A DNA stretch of 52,771 nt, filler included, from Catajapyx aquilonaris (taxonomy: Eukaryota), in assembly GCA_000934665.2 (NCBI GenBank). It is 3 parts of 3 records of this genome, joined end to end, with 100 filler letters (N's around TTAATTAATTAA, not from the genome) between each part and the next. Parts side by side here need not be neighbours in the genome. Positions count along the whole stretch, not along the records: positions 35,176 to 52,771 come from KZ539617.1; 2 more parts are not named here. One strand, 5' to 3'. The notes under the pieces were generated by a model. It did no database searches. It worked only from the letters and a program-made list of their open reading frames with translations, and was not told the DNA's origin. Positions within the stretch are counted from its first letter, which is position 1, and each line of letters starts with the position of its first letter. A program made the position numbers and the translations under genes. This document shows, in pieces, positions 48,672 through 52,771 of this stretch.

Positions 48672-50694
48672 TATACAGTATATTTCTATACACTAAAAAC
48701 TTGGACAGTATTTTAAAACTGGGACACGTCAATAATATTTTCCTCTATTCATTTTAATGCACCAATAGTTCGTGTTAAAATTTCGCATGTATGAATAATT
48801 TGCACTCAATACATTTATGTATTAAAAATGAATGAAATGAAATATTTATTCACCTGCCCTAGTTTTCGGGTGTACTAATAAGATATTGTCTATGCATAGA
48901 ATATATTAATAGAAGTAATCTACATACATAGACTTTATGCATATAATTTTTTGGGCAAGTTTACTCAGCTCATATTTTGGGTGGCAAATTGCATATTACA
49001 AAAAAGTGTGGCTGCACTTTTTAGTATGATTTACTACCTATTTTAAGAGTGCACTAATATTAAATTTGATCACTTCATTGACTGAGCTGGCAGGCGGGGT
49101 TAATAAAGCTTTAAAAATAGCGGGGGTTAAAAATTTTCGGACCCGGGGAAGGCCTCCCCCCCCCCCCTTTAAAAAATTGCCGTTTTAACGCTTTGGAAAT
49201 GGCAAATAAATCATGTCAAGATTACTGATGAACGAATCGCTCAACTTTTCATGCTTTTTTTCGCAGAGACACGAGCTTTTCTGACACTGCCATAAATTTG
49301 ACCCGAGCTGTTTTTTACTTTTTGATGCAATCCCCTGCTCCGGGTTGCAATGTCTGAATTTCCAGAAAGGGACCTCCAGGCTGCCATGTTGTGTGCACCA
49401 AACGATTACAAGGCTACACTTATACCCTGTTGGTTACTGGAACTGTGAGGGAGGGGGTTCAAATATTTAAGAGATTTTCATGTCGTGCTGTGTAGTTTGA
49501 ACTGAACTGTAAGCTTTTGTTTGTAACGCCTTTAGTGGTCCTGTCCACTAGGGTGCAACTTATACGAGACACTGTTTGGATATTTAATCACAATCATGAT
49601 CTTTTAATTTTTGGCTAATATTTTCTTTGTGAATTCAGTTTGCGTTTACTATTACATGTGTTGTTGTCAGAGTCAGTACGTAGGGGGCTAATGGCTGTCA
49701 CCCTAACTTCAATTAAAAACGGAATGCATTTGAATCGTCCCCCCCCCCCCCCNNNNNNNNNNNNNNNNNNNNNNNNNNNNNNNNNNNNNNNNNNNNNNNN
49801 NNNNNNNNNNNNNNNNNNNNNNNNNNNNNNGGGGGGGGGGGGGAATAGAAAAAAAAATTGGTATCATATATACTGTATAGAAGCTTACTCCCATTCCGAG
49901 AGGCAGAGGATGAAAAATTCCAACCCTTGTAAATATTTCCTCTCTCGCCTTCTAACATTTCAAAGCCATAGTAGGGCTAAAGGCACACTTCAGAAACTTC
50001 CGGGCAGCAACAATCCACTCTAGTTAGTTTGTGCCGTGCCGGAAATGTTTTCCTTTGTAACCCAACAACCATCCCTTTTTTTTTTGAATATATTTCACAA
50101 TTTTGCTTCGCCGAGGATTTTCCGGCCAAACAACTCATTTCCACTACCCATCAATTTACTCCCAACATATCAACATTGCACTATGTAGTTATGTCTAGTT
50201 GTAAAAAAAAACTACCACAAAACTAGAACAAATAAAAAAAAAACAGACCGCAACATCAAAAGTCGTACTTTTTATCGCAAGTGGAGCCAACCGCCCCTAG
50301 AGTTTAACTACCAGATTGCAAATGGCTCCCTCAAGGCGCATCTAGACACATAGAAAAGCACACTAATTCAAATGCAATTTGAACCCCCTGCATTTTAGCA
50401 GCATGGAAACAGCCCATTTCCCAGACCTTGCCACAAACAGAATCCCCCCCCAACCCCCCCAAAAAAACAGGGGGGGGGGGGGTCCCAAAGATAAAACGCT
50501 GACCAATTTTAGCTTCTCAGTTCAGACCGGTTTTTTTTAGAAAGCCAATTGTTTCCCGCGTTTAACTGTTGGAATGGAAAAGGAGGTTATGTCCACCAGG
50601 GACAGTTGCGACTTTCAAGAAAACCTGATCAGATTGTTCAACCTGCACACTGTATTCTATCTGTCAGATATAGTTCACCCATTGTCACACAAAC

Positions 50695-51020
50695 ATTGTT
50701 TATCTGTTTATTTATTTGTTAATGTATTTTTACTTGTTCATTTATTTTTATTGTTTCTTTGTTGTTTATTTTCTTGTTTGTCCATTTATTTATTTGTTGA
50801 TTTATTTATTCGTTCATTTATATATTTTATTATTTATTCACTCATTCATTTATTTATTTATTTATTCGCTCATTCGTGTTATTATTTATTAGTCTATTCG
50901 CTCATACATGTTATTATTTATTAATTTATTCGCTCATTCATGTTATTTATTAATTTATTCGCTCATTCATGTTATTATTTATTAATTTATTCATTCATTC
51001 GTTTGTTTGTTTGTTTGTTT
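50695..51020. repeat. T-rich low-complexity repeat with tattcgctcattcatgttatt units, ending in (GTTT)n
   Basis: Direct reading. Confidence 0.85.
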
Positions 51021-52270
51021 ACCAGTGAACTCCTTGCCAAACATTCCGGAACCCGATTGTCCATATACGTAAATAGGTAATACCATACCCTGGTCATAGA
51101 TGGCGCATCCTACCTTTCTGCACACTACTGCCAATATCAGGTCGTGCGGGTTGTGGTACTGTCAACTCGGACAAACAAACGGAAAGAGAGACAGAGCCGA
51201 TTAACTTAATACGTGCGTGATTTTTTTAAATGAGTTATGTCCTTTAGAATCATTTGATTTGGGGCGGAACAGTCAATAAACAATCATTATTAATAATTGC
51301 TGGCATAAGTGCAACAATGGGCAGCATTTTGTACACATTTTTTTCACGTTAATTAATACACATTGCTAGAATTTTTTGTCACAGTTTATTACCCAGTTTA
51401 TGGACATATTAGTTTCCACAATTACGGCTTAGCCCATTGTTGCACTAAGCCCTTCAATTGCTGGCATTATTTCCGACCTGAAACGGCGCCAATCAGCGAT
51501 CATCCCTTCCTTAGAGAGCCACTAGTCGCAACAAGAGGTCGTTACAGACATGGCTGCTTCTAATTAGGATTTGACTGCTTTCTGGTCCCAATGTTTGCAG
51601 ACTCTCCCCCCATCCAAAAAAGTAGTGTCCAAAAAATGGTCAAACCCTCCCCCTCCCCTCCCTCCCTTTACCCTGGGTTGATTTGGGGCACTCGGGGAGT
51701 GGTGTTGACAAGTGAGGAAACGAAGCGGCGCCCAGGGATTGATTCGATGGATGGTAGCCATGGCGACGACTGGCGACGCTTGTGCCAAGAATCTTGACAT
51801 TGGGGAGCGTCGTGTGGGTGAGTGTGTGTCGTACCTGCCCACCGTCGTCACGGAACCAATGCTAATAGGATTTCCCTAAAGGCTCAACCTCAAAAAGATC
51901 AGGGTTAGGTTAGGTCAGAAATACGTTCCAACAATATGTCACATTGGGTGTTCGCCTAGATGGTGTTCGCCTAGATGGGTGTTCGCATAGTGCGTTTTAA
52001 TGTCTGCTTGGATTGAAATGACAAATAGTACAATGGGTATGTGCAGGTGGTGGGCTACGACCTAATTTCCACCAAAAATCCTTTGTACCTCCCACCTCAT
52101 CAGACTTCACCGTCCCACTCTTGTGTCCCCTTTTCAGCAACATATTCACACGTCTCGAGTGTCGTCATCTTGCAAAAATCCCATGGGTACGGGAGTGATT
52201 CATGGAATGGAAAAGGGACATTGCGACACTGCTAGGACTGGCCATTTTTAGTGTCGTTTAATGACGACCA

Positions 52271-52322
52271 TACACTCTTAACCATTTACCTTCTCTAGAG
52301 AGGGTAAATGGTTAAGAGTGTA
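52271..52322. repeat. 52-bp near-perfect palindrome
   Basis: TACACTCTTAACCATTTACC-T-TCTCTAGAGA-G-GGTAAATGGTTAAGAGTGTA, with one mismatch. Confidence 0.92.
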
Positions 52323-52771
52323 CGTTGTTAATAGAGGGCGCTTAGTAAAATAGTATTAATTTGCTTCTGCTTCAACGCCTACTGCTCGAGCAGGTAAATG
52401 TGATGATGATGGTGGTTGTTGTTGTTGTTGTTTTGGCGATTCGTCGTCAGAAGTTGCAACCACACCGTGTAGTAAGTTGTGATCCTGAATTTGCGACAGC
52501 ACATCGTAAATTGCGGCTATACGTTGCACGGTAATACGACACCATCAATTGCAAACATACCATCGTAAACTCCAACCACCCACCACCCACACAATGCGAT
52601 CACACGTCACAACCACAGCAATTTGAGACCATACATTTGCCGGGATACATCGTAAATTGCAAACCATGTCAACTCGACATTTGGCCCACGTGGCGCCCCC
52701 ATCTACTTTACATCACAATATCATCCCTAGTGCCTCCCCATCGGAAACAAACAGTATCGAAATTCTATGGC

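Noticed and set aside
51900..51990. Telomeric TTAGG repeats
   Set aside because: Only about two units inside a repeat remnant with short tgttcgcctagatgg duplications; not an array.

Overview
Animal (probably invertebrate) nuclear DNA made of three segments (1-17495, 17596-35075, 35176-52771) joined by identical 100-nt spacers (44 N + TTAATTAATTAA + 44 N), so the segments may not be adjacent in the genome. The only clearly recognisable gene is MOCS1 (molybdenum cofactor biosynthesis protein 1) on the + strand of the middle segment. Six coding exons give a 422-aa MOCS1A/MoaA radical-SAM protein (CX3CX2C and CX2CX13C motifs, C-terminal Gly-Gly-stop), followed by a separate MOCS1B/MoaC exon. Splice phases show that skipping the stop-containing exon joins A to B in frame (about 626 aa), while the internal-donor route used in human is not available here. 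Upstream are a CpG-rich island that is probably a divergent promoter, a palindromic pair of splice donors, and a minus-strand proline-rich exon with no AUG that is cut off by the contig end. The rest is mostly non-autonomous mobile DNA (Tc1/mariner-type and Harbinger-type MITEs, tRNA-derived SINEs, decayed mariner transposase, a probable Helitron) and micro/minisatellites. All coordinates were read by eye; no searches were run.
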